Source of the DNA: Candidatus Latescibacterota bacterium
GTDB taxonomy: Bacteria; Latescibacterota; UBA2968; UBA8231
Assembly (NCBI GenBank): GCA_964291625.2
Contig: OZ220089.1
Coordinates: 2,624,001-2,688,000, forward strand
Direction: 5' to 3'
Length of the DNA stretch: 64,000 bases
This document shows positions 27,436-38,955 of the stretch, piece after piece. The translations under genes and the position numbers were made by a program. The notes beneath the pieces were generated by a model. The model was not told where the DNA came from. It did not search any database and saw only the letters and a list, made by a program, of their open reading frames with translations. Each line of letters starts with the position of its first letter. Position 1 is the first letter of the stretch.

Positions 27436-30008
27436 GGGGCTTCCTCCTCGGCGCCGCCGGCGGGCGCGTCCAGCCGCCGGATCCGTCCCGGGGGCGGCGG
27501 GGTCACCGTCCCCTGCCGGCCGGCGTAGCGGATCTGGGCGTCCACGATCTGCACCTCCGTGTTGGTCCACTCCACCTCGCGGTCGAAGAATCGGTCTCCC
27601 CGCACGACGATGTAGTCCTCGGCGGCCAGGGTGTAGGTGCGTTCCAGGTCGAGGTCGTGCTCGACCACCCGCCGGCCCTCGGGCCGCGACCGGTCGACGG
27701 CATAGGAGAGGCCCGCCACCTGCATGGGCCGCTCCTTGCCGTCGCGGACGTCGAACTCGAGGATGGCGAGGACCTCGGCGCCGGTGAGTTCGAAGGTGTA
27801 GAGCTCGTCGCGGAAGTTCATGCGGAAGATGGCGCCGATGGTGATCTCCCCTTCCTCCAGGGGCTGGCGGATGCCGTCGTTGTTCTGGAAGGCGATGTCG
27901 GCGCCGGTGGCGAAGAGGATGGAGTCGCAGAACCAGTTGCCGAGGGCGGTGTCGTACCAGGGCCCGGTGAGATCCTCGTTGGAGAGGGTCGAGGCCGCCG
28001 TGGCCACGGGAGGCACCGACTCGCACGCCGACGGGTCCCCTGCCCGCCAGAGGCCCGCCTCGTCCCGTTGCAGGCACAGCTCGTCGCCGCCGCCGAGGGC
28101 CACCTCGGCGCCGTCGATCCACACCGCCGCGGAGTCGAGCCCGGCCAAGGGGCCGGTGCGGTTCAGGCGGAAGGCGGAGAGGTTGTCGGTGAGGATCCGG
28201 GGGGCCGGTCCCGTGAGGTCGATGGTCAGCTCCATCGGGTTGGCCCACATGACCGCCCGCTCCATCCCCGCCCACTCGGTCTGCCCGTGGGCCGGCAGGA
28301 TGGCGGAGAGGAACAGGTGCCCGGGACGGGTCTCGTCCACCTGGGCCCGGGCGTACCAGGGCAGGGTGCGGCGGCCCTCGTGAACCCGGACCTCCGTGGG
28401 CCGACCCGCTCCTTCGGGGGTGCGCCAGCGCAGGCCGAGGACGGTGTTGCCGTCGTAGCGCTCGTCCTCCTCCACCTCGCTCAGCTTGAGGCTGAAGTCG
28501 AAGCCGCCGCGCCGCTGCTCGGCGCGCACGAGCACCCGGTGGCGCCCCGGCGTCAGGTGGATGGGCACTCGCTCGCAGGGCAGGAAGTGACGCCGCCGGC
28601 CGCGGAACCGGTGGACCTGCCGCCCGTCGATCCAGACCGTCAGTCCTTCGTCCGACCCGACCCACACCTCGGCGGGCTCGTCGCGGGGGGCGTCGAACTC
28701 GGCGTAGGCGTAGACCACGCAATGGGTCGGGTCGGAGAAGTGGCGGTCGAGGTCGATCCGGTCGTCGTGGAAGTAGACGGGTCCCGTCCAGCCGCCGGCG
28801 CCGGGGCGGGGCGTCACCGACGGATCGACGCCGGGGTCGGTGACCGCGGGGATCGGCCCCTTGAGGAGCCAGGTGCGGTTGCCCATGCCGTAGCGGGCGT
28901 TCTCGTCCTGGTGCTTCTTCTCGAAGCGGAGGACGAGGGCCTCGAGGTCGCCCCGCACCCGGATGCGGTCGAGGTCGGCCACGCCCAGGCCGCGGCGCTG
29001 CCCCAGCTGCAGGAACTCCATGTCGGCGGGGTTCAGGCCCATCAGGCGCGCGGCCACGGCGTCGACGGCGAGCGGGTCGGGGCCGGCCAGGATCGTGTTG
29101 ACGCGCACGGGGATCCCGCCCTCTTTGCGGATCCGTTCCCGCTGCATGCCGACGATGGCGTCGACCACGGCGAAGTCGACGCCGGCCACGCCGGCGAGGT
29201 CGACGATCGTTTCGTCGAGGGTTTGGGGCGCGTGCCACAGGCCGGGGCTGCCCGATTCCGGCGGCCAGCCTCTCAGCTTCGGCCAGCCGTACTTCAGACC
29301 CGGGGCGATGCCGATCAGGTTCTTCAGGGCCACGGTCATGCCCACGGCGCCGGTGATCTTCAGCACCGGCACGCTGATCAGGACCGATGCCTCCCGCACC
29401 GTCCGCGGCACCCAGTAGGTCGGGGCCGCCAGCGCCCCTCCCGGCGGCTCCACCTCGACGGCGTCGTCGTAGTTGAGGTCGACGATGCGCAGGTCGGCCC
29501 CCGCCAGGTCGGGGTCGCTGAGCAGGGCGCGGTACCCGGCCGCCTCGAAGCCGTCGCCGACCTCCACCTGGTCGAGCTGCCGGATCAGGTCGGCGCGCTC
29601 GGGCGGGATCCAGACGCCGCCCTCGGCGATCGTCAGCCGCGCGCCGGGCGCCCATTCGTGGACCGCCTCGAGGACCGCCTTGACCACGCGCCAGTCGGTG
29701 ATGTCGCCCCGCACGTGCTCGACGTGCACGATGTTGACCTTGCAGACCACGTCGACGACGCCGTCGGGCCCCGGCTTCGCGGCCCGGACCAACTCGCGCA
29801 GTCCGGCCTGCTCCACGGCGGCGCGCACCATGGGGCGGACGTGGGCGGCGTAGTCGAGGGGACGGTCGGGGGGCGCCGGCGCCGGCAGGCCGGCGTCGTC
29901 GGAGCGCACCACGGAGACCACCGGCCCGGCGGAGGGCCAGGCGGCCGCGGCCATCGCCAGGACCAGGGCCGTGCTCGGGCCGAGGATCCGGGCGGCGGCC
30001 GGCCTCAT
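27432..30008 (-). CDS. Secreted multidomain protein: DUF362 + PA14-like beta-sandwich + 5'-nucleotidase C-terminal domain
   Basis: Signal peptide; DUF362 motifs (KVN..ITD..VV, ISVPVLK..MTVALKNLIG, VVDAIVG, DPLAVDAVAARLMG); VGSDEGLTVWIDG; LGNWFCD..ADIAFQN..GIR..GEIT..LTGAEV..LE. Confidence 0.7.
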   Translation of the reverse strand: MRPAAARILGPSTALVLAMAAAAWPSAGPVVSVVRSDDAGLPAPAPPDRPLDYAAHVRPMVRAAVEQAGLRELVRAAKPGPDGVVDVVCKVNIVHVEHVRGDITDWRVVKAVLEAVHEWAPGARLTIAEGGVWIPPERADLIRQLDQVEVGDGFEAAGYRALLSDPDLAGADLRIVDLNYDDAVEVEPPGGALAAPTYWVPRTVREASVLISVPVLKITGAVGMTVALKNLIGIAPGLKYGWPKLRGWPPESGSPGLWHAPQTLDETIVDLAGVAGVDFAVVDAIVGMQRERIRKEGGIPVRVNTILAGPDPLAVDAVAARLMGLNPADMEFLQLGQRRGLGVADLDRIRVRGDLEALVLRFEKKHQDENARYGMGNRTWLLKGPIPAVTDPGVDPSVTPRPGAGGWTGPVYFHDDRIDLDRHFSDPTHCVVYAYAEFDAPRDEPAEVWVGSDEGLTVWIDGRQVHRFRGRRRHFLPCERVPIHLTPGRHRVLVRAEQRRGGFDFSLKLSEVEEDERYDGNTVLGLRWRTPEGAGRPTEVRVHEGRRTLPWYARAQVDETRPGHLFLSAILPAHGQTEWAGMERAVMWANPMELTIDLTGPAPRILTDNLSAFRLNRTGPLAGLDSAAVWIDGAEVALGGGDELCLQRDEAGLWRAGDPSACESVPPVATAASTLSNEDLTGPWYDTALGNWFCDSILFATGADIAFQNNDGIRQPLEEGEITIGAIFRMNFRDELYTFELTGAEVLAILEFDVRDGKERPMQVAGLSYAVDRSRPEGRRVVEHDLDLERTYTLAAEDYIVVRGDRFFDREVEWTNTEVQIVDAQIRYAGRQGTVTPPPPGRIRRLDAPAGGAEEEAP

Positions 30009-30742
30009 TCGGCGTCGTAGTCGGTGAGGGGCCGCATCCAGATGTTGCGGAAGCGCGTGGGGTTGCCGTGGTCCTGCAGCTTCAGGGGGCCTTCCTCGTC
30101 GTGGGGCGAGGCGTAGGAGCTGGTGTTGCGGTGGCCCGTGGGGCCCATCGCCTCCTGGCGGTGGTGCAGCAGAAGGCCGTTGTGGAACAGGGTGAGGCGC
30201 GCCGGCTCCACCAGCCAGCCCTCGTCCCACCGCGGGGTCTCGAAGATGAGGTCGAAGGACTGCCACTCCCCGGGCGGGCGGCAGGCGTTCACGAAGGGCG
30301 GGAACTGGCCGTAGATCGAGCCGGCGCCGCCGTCGGCGTAGGTGGGGTTGTCGTAGCCGTCGAGGACCTGGATCTCGTAGAGCCCCATGAGGAAGACGCC
30401 GCTGTTGCCGCGGCCCTGGCTCTCGCCGACCACCTCGGACGGGGTCGCCCACTCGAGGTGGAGCTGGCAGTCCGCGAAGCGCTTGACGGTCTGCACGTCC
30501 CCGGTGCCGGGGACGACCTCCAAGTGGCCGTCCTCCACCTTCCAGGCCGCTTCCTCCCCCGGGTCACGGGCGCTCTCCCACTCGGACAGGCCGGTGCCGT
30601 CGAAGAGGACCACCGCGTCGGAGGGCGGCCCCCCCGGCGCGGCGGCGGGGGTGACGATGCGGGGATGCGGGCGCCGGCTGTCGTGGACGCGCCAGGGCTG
30701 TCCCGGAATCAGGTCGGTGTCGTCGTATCCAAGGCTTGCCAT
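30005..30742 (-). CDS. DUF1080 (3-keto-disaccharide hydrolase) family protein
   Basis: PPSDAVVLFDG, QLHLEW, GNSGVF, YEIQVLD, GEWQSFD, LQDHGNP.RFRNIW. Confidence 0.9.
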   Translation of the reverse strand: MASLGYDDTDLIPGQPWRVHDSRRPHPRIVTPAAAPGGPPSDAVVLFDGTGLSEWESARDPGEEAAWKVEDGHLEVVPGTGDVQTVKRFADCQLHLEWATPSEVVGESQGRGNSGVFLMGLYEIQVLDGYDNPTYADGGAGSIYGQFPPFVNACRPPGEWQSFDLIFETPRWDEGWLVEPARLTLFHNGLLLHHRQEAMGPTGHRNTSSYASPHDEEGPLKLQDHGNPTRFRNIWMRPLTDYDAE

Positions 30743-30767
30743 CGATCCTCCTTCAGGCCTCCCGGCC

Positions 30768-31502
30768 TCATTCGGCGTCGTAGTCGGTGAGCGGCCGTAT
30801 CCAGATGTTGCGGAAACGCATGGGGCCGTGGTCCTGCAGCAGCAGGGGGCCTTCCTCGCCGTGAGGGGAGGCGTAGGAGCTGGTGTCGAGGTGGACCGTG
30901 GGGCCCATCGCCTCCTGGCGGTGGTGCAGGAGAAGGCCGTTGTGGAGGACGGTGAAGCGCGCCGGTTCCACCAGCCAGCCCTCGTCCCAGCGGGGGGTCT
31001 CGAAGAAGATGTCGTAGGACTGCCACTCCCCGGGCGGGCGGCAGGCGTTCACGAAGGGCGGGAACTGGCCGTAGATCGAGCCGGCGGCGCCGTCGGCGTA
31101 GGTGGGGTTGTCGTAGCCGTCGAGGATCGAGATCTCGTAGAGCCCCATGAGGTAGACGCCGCTGTTGCCGCGGAGCTGGCAGTCGCCGGTGACCTCGGCC
31201 GGCGCCGCCCACTCCAGGTGAACCTGGCAGTCCCCGAAGCGCTTGACCGTCTGTATGTCTCCCGTGCCGGGCACGACCTCCACGTGGCCGCTCTCCACCT
31301 TCCAGCCCGCCGCCTCCCCCGGGTTGCCGGCGCTCTCCCACTCGGACAGGTCGGTGCCGTCGAAGAGCACCACCGCGTCGGAAGGCGGCCGCCCCGGCTC
31401 GGCGCCGGGGGTGACGACGCGGGGCTGCGGACGCCCGCTGTCGTGAACGCGCCAGGGCTGCCCCGGAAGCATGGCGGTGTCGTCGAATATCAGCCTCGCC
31501 AT
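30768..31502 (-). CDS. DUF1080 family protein, tandem paralog
   Basis: Same motifs; long stretches identical in DNA to the neighbouring copy. Confidence 0.9.
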   Translation of the reverse strand: MARLIFDDTAMLPGQPWRVHDSGRPQPRVVTPGAEPGRPPSDAVVLFDGTDLSEWESAGNPGEAAGWKVESGHVEVVPGTGDIQTVKRFGDCQVHLEWAAPAEVTGDCQLRGNSGVYLMGLYEISILDGYDNPTYADGAAGSIYGQFPPFVNACRPPGEWQSYDIFFETPRWDEGWLVEPARFTVLHNGLLLHHRQEAMGPTVHLDTSSYASPHGEEGPLLLQDHGPMRFRNIWIRPLTDYDAE

Positions 31503-31511
31503 GGTCCGTCT

Positions 31512-33125
31512 TCAGGCCGCCCGGCGCAGCACGTGCCCGGGGCAGCGGTCGGTGAGCGCGCCGCCGCTCACGGCGGCGACCCCGTTGACGTAGACGTGGT
31601 CGATCCCCAGCGGGAAGCGGTAGGGATCGTCGAAGTCCGCTCTCTCCCCCACGCTCTCGGGATCGAAGACGACGAGATCCGCCCAGGCGCCCTCGCGCAG
31701 CACGCCCCGTCCGTGGAGGCGGAAGCGCGCCGCGGCGTGGCCGGTGAGCTTGTGCACGGCCTGCTCCCAGGTGAGGGCCCCCTGGTCGCGGATGAAGTGC
31801 CGCAGGAAGTAGGGGAAGGCGCCGTACGACCGCGGGTGGTGCTTGCCCTCGGCCAGGACGCCCTCGGGAATGAGCGAGAAGCCGTCGGAGATCACGCCGC
31901 CGGCGTCGTGGCGGGCGATGTTGAGGAAGTCCTCCTCGCTCACGTCCTCGGCCAGCATCCAGGGCCGCGCCTCCTCCTCGACCAGGATGTCGAGGACGGC
32001 GTCGTGCGGGTCCTGGCCCCGGAGCCGGCCGATCTCGGCGAAGGAGCGGCCCGTCAGGTGGGCGTTGGCGTCGCCGGCGCTGCCGAGCCAGATGCGGTCC
32101 CAGGTCCCCTCCTTCGCGAGGTTGCGCTTGCGGCTGCCGCCGCTCTCGGCCCCGTGGGCGAGGGTGTCGGCCTGGATGGCGCGGCGCTGCTCCGGGTCGC
32201 GCAGCCGGCGCAGGAGCGCCTCGTCGCCGCCGTCGAGGGCCCAGGGCGGCAGCAGCGACTTCAGGGTCGTGGAGCCGATCGTGTAGGGGATGGCGTCGCA
32301 GCTGACGTCGACGCCGCGCTGCCGCAGGGCGTCGAGGTCGGCCAGCAGGCCGGCGGTGGCGCCCAGCATGGGGGAGCCCGGCTGCATGTGGGAGACGTGT
32401 CCGGCCACGCCGGCGCCCTCGGCCACGGCGGTCACCTCGGCCACGGCCTCGGCGATCCCCTTCGTCTGGTTGCGGATGTGGCTGGTGTAGATGCCGCCGA
32501 AGGGGGCGATGACCTGCCCGAGGGCGACGAGCTCGTCCAGCGGCGCGTACGGCCCGGGGGCGTAGGCCAGGCCGCTGGACAGGCCGACGGCGCCGTCCTC
32601 CATGGCCCGGGCGGTGAGCTGCCTCATGCGCTCCAGCTCCGCCGGCGTCGCCTCGCGGTCGTCCCAGCCCATGGCCGCCACGCGCACGTTCCCGTGGCCC
32701 ACGAGGGCGGCCACGTTGGTGCCGATCCCCTGGTCCTCGAGGCGGGCGAAGTAGCCGTCGAAGCCGGTCCAGTCGCACTCGAGGCCGCGGGTCATGGCCG
32801 GATCCAGGGGCCCGTAGTAGGGCTCGTGGTCGCGGGTGGGGGCCGCCGAGACCCCGCAGTTGCCGACGACCTGGGTGGTGATCCCCTGGGCCACGGAGGA
32901 GGAGGCGCGCCCCTCCAGGAGGAGGGTGAGGTCGGAGTGGGTGTGGATGTCGATGAAGCCCGGGGCGACGAAGCGCCCGGAGGCGTCGATGGTGGACCCG
33001 GCCGAGGACCCGGCGAGATCGCCGACGGCGGCGACCCGGCCGTCCTGGACGGCCACGTCGGCGGCGCGCGCCGGGGCGCCGGTGCCGTCGAGGAGACGGC
33101 CTCCGGTGACGAGCAGATCGTACAC
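31512..33125 (-). CDS. N-acyl-D-amino-acid deacylase (D-aminoacylase)
   Basis: APGFIDIHTHSD, GITTQVVGNCG, GLSSGLAYAPG, SHIR, HPRSYGAFP, ADLVVFDP. Confidence 0.92.
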   Translation of the reverse strand: MYDLLVTGGRLLDGTGAPARAADVAVQDGRVAAVGDLAGSSAGSTIDASGRFVAPGFIDIHTHSDLTLLLEGRASSSVAQGITTQVVGNCGVSAAPTRDHEPYYGPLDPAMTRGLECDWTGFDGYFARLEDQGIGTNVAALVGHGNVRVAAMGWDDREATPAELERMRQLTARAMEDGAVGLSSGLAYAPGPYAPLDELVALGQVIAPFGGIYTSHIRNQTKGIAEAVAEVTAVAEGAGVAGHVSHMQPGSPMLGATAGLLADLDALRQRGVDVSCDAIPYTIGSTTLKSLLPPWALDGGDEALLRRLRDPEQRRAIQADTLAHGAESGGSRKRNLAKEGTWDRIWLGSAGDANAHLTGRSFAEIGRLRGQDPHDAVLDILVEEEARPWMLAEDVSEEDFLNIARHDAGGVISDGFSLIPEGVLAEGKHHPRSYGAFPYFLRHFIRDQGALTWEQAVHKLTGHAAARFRLHGRGVLREGAWADLVVFDPESVGERADFDDPYRFPLGIDHVYVNGVAAVSGGALTDRCPGHVLRRAA

Positions 33126-33129
33126 GGGA

Positions 33130-35100
<1,971 letters not shown>

Positions 35101-35162
35101 GGGGAGATGGCTCCTTGCTGGGGATTCCGGTGAAGCCGGGGTAATATCCGCAGACCCCGACC

Positions 35163-35737
35163 TCAGGAAAAGAGGCGCCGCCGCAGCCACATGAGACCCA
35201 CCAGGGTCTTGGCGTCGGCGATCCGTCCGGCGTCCAGGGCGGCCCAGACCTCCTCCTCCGGCCACTCCAGGACCTCGATGCTCTCGCCCTCCTCCTCGAG
35301 CCCGCCGCCGGGGCCGCGGCGGCGGCCGGCGCTCACCGGCGCGTAGTAGAGAAGATCCGCTCCGAGGACCCGCCCGGGGTGAGGTAGAAGCTGCCGATCG
35401 GCTCCAGGCGGTCCACCTCGTAGCCGGCTTCCTCCAGGCACTCGGCGCGGGCCACATCCTCGGGGTCCTGGCCCCGGGAGACCGTCCCCGCCACCAGCTC
35501 GTGCAGCCAGCCCGGACCCTTGTCCCAGGTGGAGAAGCGGAACTGGCGCACCAGCACGACGACGCGGCGCTCGGGGTCGTGGAGCACCACCGCCGCCCCG
35601 TCGCCGCGGTCGACGTTGAGCCGCGTCAGGGGCGGGCTCATGGAGCCGTCGGGACGCTCGTGGCTGAGGTCGACCTCCTCGACGCTGAAGAAGCGGTCGA
35701 GCAGGGTCCGGCGGCCGTGGACCTCGACGCGGCCCAT
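35163..35737 (-). pseudogene. NUDIX hydrolase (NudK/ADP-ribose pyrophosphatase-like) split by a 1-bp frameshift
   Basis: Frame 1 carries [32 protein letters not shown]; the C-terminus [25 protein letters not shown] continues in another frame at about 35350. Confidence 0.75.
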
Positions 35738-35739
35738 CC

Positions 35740-36966
35740 TCAGGCGACGCCGCCGAGGATCTGCACCGTCACGGCCTCGCCCGCGGCGGCGGCCTGGTCC
35801 GGGTCGAGGACGACGATGCCGTTGGCCCCGAGCATGGAGGTGAGGATGTGGGAGCCCTGGGCCCGGTGCGAGGTGCTGGCCGTCAGGCGGCCGCCGCCGT
35901 CGAGGCGCAGCCGCGCCCGCAGGAAGTTGCGGCGGTCGCCGTCGTTGGCCACGTCGTGCTCCATGAGGGCCGTGCTCTCCGGCAGGGGCCAGCGCTCCGG
36001 CGGGTGGCCGGCGGCCTTGCGCACGGCGGGGCCGACGAACTGGAGGAAGGAGATCAGGCTCGACACGGGATTCCCCGGCAGGCCGAAGTAGGGCTTGCCC
36101 CGGAGCATGCAGAAGAACAGGGGCTTGCCAGGCTTCATGGCCACGCGCCACAGCACCTCCTCGGCGCCGAGGTCGTCGAGGACCTTCTTCACGTAGTCGT
36201 ACTCGCCCACGGAGACGCCGCCGGAGGAGACCACGAAGTCGCAGGCGAGGGCGGTCTCCACCGAGGCGCGGATGGCGGCCTCGTCGTCGGCCACCGTCGG
36301 CAGCAGCACCGGCTCGGCGCCGCAGGCGCGGGCCACGGCTCCGAGGGCGGGGGTGTTGCTGTTGACGATCTGTCCCGGCCCCCGGGGCTGGTCGATCTCG
36401 ACCAGCTCGTCGCCCGAGGAGAGGACGGCCACCGTGGGCCGGCGGCCGACGGGGACGAAGCTCTGCTGCACCGCCGCGAGGACCCCCACCTCGCCGGGGC
36501 CGAGCTCGACGCCGGCGCGGATCAGGGGCTCGCCCTCGCGCATGTCCTCGCCGCGGCGGCGGATGTTGGCGCCCTCCTCGTCCTCCGGAACCAGGACGTC
36601 GACGCGGTCGCCGTGGTCGCGGGTGTCCTCCACGCGGATCACCGTGTCGCAGCCCTCGGGGACCGGCGCGCCGGTCATGATGCGGCTCGCCTGACCGGCC
36701 TCCAGCCGCTTCTCCGGGACGCGGCCGGCGGGGATGTCCTCGATCACCGGCAGGGTCGCCGGGCTCTCCTTGGTGGCGGCGCCGACGTCGGCGAAGCGCA
36801 CGGCGAAGCCGTCCATGGCCGAGTTGTCGTGGGGGGGGTTGTCGTACGGGGCCGCCACGTCGGCGGCCAGGACCCGGCCGAGGGCCCCGGTGAGGGCGAC
36901 GCGCTCCGCTCCCAGGGGGCGGACGCGCTCCAGGACGGCGGCGCGCGCCTCCTCGACGGTGAGCAT
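35740..36966 (-). CDS. moeA: Molybdopterin molybdotransferase
   Basis: PPHDNSAMDGFAV, IMTGAPVP, SSGDEL, SSGGVSVG.YD, MKPGKP, GLPGNPVS. Confidence 0.95.
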   Translation of the reverse strand: MLTVEEARAAVLERVRPLGAERVALTGALGRVLAADVAAPYDNPPHDNSAMDGFAVRFADVGAATKESPATLPVIEDIPAGRVPEKRLEAGQASRIMTGAPVPEGCDTVIRVEDTRDHGDRVDVLVPEDEEGANIRRRGEDMREGEPLIRAGVELGPGEVGVLAAVQQSFVPVGRRPTVAVLSSGDELVEIDQPRGPGQIVNSNTPALGAVARACGAEPVLLPTVADDEAAIRASVETALACDFVVSSGGVSVGEYDYVKKVLDDLGAEEVLWRVAMKPGKPLFFCMLRGKPYFGLPGNPVSSLISFLQFVGPAVRKAAGHPPERWPLPESTALMEHDVANDGDRRNFLRARLRLDGGGRLTASTSHRAQGSHILTSMLGANGIVVLDPDQAAAAGEAVTVQILGGVA

Positions 36967-36997
36967 GGGTTGCTGGTGAGGTGCCGGCCGGGGCGGC

Positions 36998-37579
36998 CTA
37001 GGCGGGGGCCCTGTAGTAGGGGTTCTTGCCGTTGGCGTGGTCGGTGACGTCGTAGATCTCCTCGATCTCGGGCACCGACTCCTTGATCATCACCTCGATG
37101 CCCTGCTTGAGGGTGACGTCGGCCATGCCGCAGCCCTGGCAGCCGCCTTCGAGCTGGAGGTAGACGGTCTTCTCCTTCAGGTCGATCAGGGAGACCCGGC
37201 CCCCGTGGCCGGAGACGGCGGGGTTGATCTTCTCGTCGAGGACGTGCTGCACCCGGTCGAGGAGGGTGCCGTCGACGCCCTCGGGCAGGGTGCGGGGCCG
37301 CTCGATCTTGAATCCGGAGCCCATCAGGCCCTCGACGTAGTCGACGGTGGCCTCCTGCACGTTGTCGCCGCTGTCGGGGTCGACGTAGACGTCGAAACCG
37401 TCGTAGGGGATGACGGTGTCGTCGTCGCCCTCCTGGCCCTCGGCGATGAAGGCCATCCGGTAGTCGACTTTGAGGGGGGAGACGGAGGTCGCGCCGATGC
37501 GCAGGCCTTTGACCGGGTTGGGGCTCTTGCCGATGAGCTCGAGGATCTTGCTCTGCGCGAGGTCGGTAATCGTCAACAT
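36998..37579 (-). CDS. nfuA: Fe-S cluster biogenesis protein NfuA
   Basis: Degenerate A-type N-domain plus NifU domain INPAVSGHGG..GGCQGCG..VTDHA.G.NPYY. Confidence 0.9.
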   Translation of the reverse strand: MLTITDLAQSKILELIGKSPNPVKGLRIGATSVSPLKVDYRMAFIAEGQEGDDDTVIPYDGFDVYVDPDSGDNVQEATVDYVEGLMGSGFKIERPRTLPEGVDGTLLDRVQHVLDEKINPAVSGHGGRVSLIDLKEKTVYLQLEGGCQGCGMADVTLKQGIEVMIKESVPEIEEIYDVTDHANGKNPYYRAPA

Positions 37580-37679
37580 GGCCGGGGATTCACCAGGGTC
37601 CGGGTCGGGGGTTGCTGCTGTGGATGAGTGAACCTGAATTTACCTTCGAGGTGGGGTTCGTCAACGAAAGGCTTGAGAT

Positions 37680-38009
37680 ATGAGACAGAGCCTGGAGCAG
37701 ATCCTGGAGGACTCGCGCTCGGAGGACGCGCTCCTGCGCCGGAGCGCCGCCCGCGAGTTGTGCCCCTGCGAGCTGAAGGCCGACCACCCCGAGGCCTGGT
37801 CCCGCGTCTTCGAGCTCACCCGGGACGACGACGCCCAGGTGCGGCGCATCGCCTTCCACACCCTCACCGACGGGTCGCCGCGGCAGCGCGAGGCCGACGT
37901 GCTGGCCGCCCTCGAGGGCATGTACGACGATCCCGATCTCCGCCTGCGGCGCAGCGTCCGCCAGCGCCTCGCCAGGTACCGCCGCTCCGGCCGGATCAAC
38001 CACCACTAG
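37680..38009 (+). CDS. Small HEAT-repeat protein
   Basis: RRSAARELCPC, TRDDDAQVRRIA, DDPDLRLRR repeats. Confidence 0.7.
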   Translation: MRQSLEQILEDSRSEDALLRRSAARELCPCELKADHPEAWSRVFELTRDDDAQVRRIAFHTLTDGSPRQREADVLAALEGMYDDPDLRLRRSVRQRLARYRRSGRINHH

Positions 38010-38064
38010 AAGGGCCCTCCCGGGGGGCCTTGCCGCTCTCCGGGGGCCGGTTGATCTTTCCGGC

Positions 38065-38955
38065 ATGAGCGAGCTCACCCGCCGCACCCTGGGCCGCACG
38101 GGCCTGGAGGTCACCCAGCTCGGCTTCGGGGCCGCCGAGCGCGGACTGCCCGATTCGGCGGACTTCGACGCCCGGGCCGCCGCCGTCCTGAACGCCGCCC
38201 TCGACGCGGGCGTCAACCTCATCGACACGGCCCCCGACTACGGCGCCAGCGAGGAGCGCATCGGCCGCTACGTCGGCCACCGCCGGCGCGAGTTCCACCT
38301 GGCCACCAAGTGCGGCTGCAACATCGACGGCGACGGCAACCGCCTGGACCCGGGCCACCTGTGGACCGCCGACCGCCTGCGCTCCAACATCGACCAGAGC
38401 CTCCGCCGCCTGCGGACCGACTGCGTCGACCTGCTGCAGATGCACAATCCCACCGTGGAGGATGTCGAGCGGGGAGGGCTGGTCGAGGCCCTGGAGGAGA
38501 TCCGCGGCGCCGGCAAGGCGCGCTTCATCGGCGTCTCCTCCACGAACCCGCACCTGGCCGCCTTCGTCGCCTCCGGCGCCTTCGACGTCTTCCAGATCCC
38601 CTATTCCGCCCTCGAGCGCGAGCACGAGACGATGATCCAGGAAGCGGCCGACGCCGGCGCCGGGATCCTCGTCCGGGGCGGCATCAGCCTGGGGCACCGG
38701 GCCAACGAGGGGCGCCGGGCGACCTGGGAGAGGGCGGGCCTCGAGGAGCTCGCCGGCGGCATGAGCCGACACGAGTTCATCCTGCGATTCACCCTCGCCC
38801 ACCCGGCGTGCCACACCACGATCGTGGGGACCACCAACCTCGACCACATGCGGTCGAACCTTGACGCCGCCCGGGCCGGCCCCCTGCCGCCCGATCTCTA
38901 CGCCGAGGCCCGGGCGCGGCTGGCGGGCATCGGCGAGGTTCCGGAGGACGCGTGA
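38065..38955 (+). CDS. Aldo/keto reductase
   Basis: LGRTGLEVTQLGFG, IDTAPDYG.SEE.IG, ATKCG, SLRRL.TD..DL.Q.H. Confidence 0.93.
   Translation: MSELTRRTLGRTGLEVTQLGFGAAERGLPDSADFDARAAAVLNAALDAGVNLIDTAPDYGASEERIGRYVGHRRREFHLATKCGCNIDGDGNRLDPGHLWTADRLRSNIDQSLRRLRTDCVDLLQMHNPTVEDVERGGLVEALEEIRGAGKARFIGVSSTNPHLAAFVASGAFDVFQIPYSALEREHETMIQEAADAGAGILVRGGISLGHRANEGRRATWERAGLEELAGGMSRHEFILRFTLAHPACHTTIVGTTNLDHMRSNLDAARAGPLPPDLYAEARARLAGIGEVPEDA

Noticed and set aside
26059-30452. 1198-aa and 1006-aa ORFs taken at full length as giant fusions
   Set aside because: Their N-terminal extensions are shadow translations over neighbouring genes; the real starts are GTG 27435 and ATG 30008.
38008-38050. Hairpin AAGGGCCCTCCCGGGGGGCCTT as a terminator
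   Set aside because: There is no U-tract and the next gene continues on the same strand; too weak to call.
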